Positions 62,915 to 64,000 of a DNA stretch of 64,000 nt are shown one piece after another. The notes below the pieces were generated by a model that saw only the letters and a list, made by a program, of their open reading frames with translations, made no database searches and was not told the origin of the DNA. Position 1 is the stretch's first letter. Each line of letters opens with the position of its first letter. The position numbers and the translations under genes were made by a program. Origin of the DNA: Chara braunii (Eukaryota; Plantae; Charophyceae); NCBI GenBank assembly GCA_003427395.1, contig BFEA01000029.1:4433157-4497156 (forward strand), given 5' to 3'.

Positions 62915-64000
62915 TATAAGCCAACAAGCTCCAGCATTCCTAAGGAGCCCTTCTTCCTCCTCCCTCTAGCTCTGATGATGTTGGAAACTCTGAAAATCGC
63001 TGGACTCAGAAATCCACAGATCAGCACCATGACGTCAGCGCTATGCTGGAATGAGGTCGTGCTCTATTGCTACCACTGCATGCACATATTCCCCATGATG
63101 ACCTGGAGGTAGCTATCCGGTTGCCCCGAGGCCCTTCCTGCAGTCGCTTGACAGTCAAACGATGGGTGAAACTTTCACCGCGGGTAACTCTCTCCCATCT
63201 AGCCTAGGCATGTACTGTTCTCCACGTCTGATATACCTCTAAGCCTGTCATGCTGTACAACAGTGTACAGCATGGACCTGATACCGAACTTGCTGGAAAA
63301 TCTCTTCAAGTACCCGAAGTTTCATGCAACGTTCACCTTTCTTTCGTGTCCCGTCGAGGCGCCTTCAAGAATCCACCGAAGAGCTAAGGGTTCCTGACGA
63401 CTCTTTTCGCCAAATGGAATTAAATAGGCCGCAGCTTCACGGTGGTAATGGTGAACGCTGCGCCCGTCCATTTACGTTTCATTTCACTTGGAGTCATCCA
63501 TTCCATCTGGCATGCTTCTGTTTAAGTCCATTAGTGGGTCCGGATACGCAGAATACTCGGACAAACGATTAAAAGAGATTTTCAATGATCATTGAAATGC
63601 AGCGATGTGGTGTTCTTTGGTGTTTTGGCACTAGGGCAGGCTTATCCTTGTAGAAAGTCCCGAATGCATGCCTTGCAACAAGTAAAGGCATGCTTATCCT
63701 TGTTTCTATACTTCTTATACGCTTGGCAGACGCCTGACCTGCCTTGTGGCCAACTGGTACATTCGTATAGCTACCATGAAGAGGGGATGAGCTCAAACTT
63801 CAAATCCTGCCTGATAGAATGTAAACTAGGGCCTCTACCCGTTTTTTGATGTTGAAAAACAAGCAGAGACCAGCCGCCATGCTGCCGCGGCAGAGGGAGA
63901 GGAATGGACACGCACCTGGAGAGGAACCACAAAAGAGGAGGGCAGCACCTAGGTAGTAGGGGGAGGGGAAGCAGACATCCTGAGAGAAGGGGGGCGCACG

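Overview
Repeat-rich eukaryotic (green-plant lineage) genomic DNA. The plant-type U6 and BRF1 sequences, long (GA)n/(GT)n/(TA)n tracts and transposon make-up suggest a charophyte alga such as Chara; this attribution is inference. There is one clear intact protein gene, an intronless TFIIIB subunit BRF1 (57457-60597, +), and a possible first exon of a minus-strand gene (4084-4704). About 19-43 kb is a nest of decayed retroelements: two Ty3/Gypsy elements (one a chromovirus) and an L1/Tx1-type LINE. MITEs, tRNA-derived SINEs, minisatellites, assembly gaps and a Nextera mate-pair adapter artefact are scattered through the window. Two unannotated RNA-based systems stand out. (1) A family of very short hammerhead-ribozyme retro-units at three loci: one intact type III hammerhead between (CA)n tracts at ~54.1 kb, and two stacks of 5'-truncated, 3'-coterminal monomers of up to ~115-120 nt inserted in (TA)n at 1.4-1.9 kb and 43.8-44.2 kb, whose ends fall either side of the predicted self-cleavage site (retrozyme- or Penelope-like). 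(2) A cluster of four variant U6 snRNA copies (47.8-52.2 kb) that share derived insertions and show retroposition signatures, 5-10 kb upstream of BRF1.
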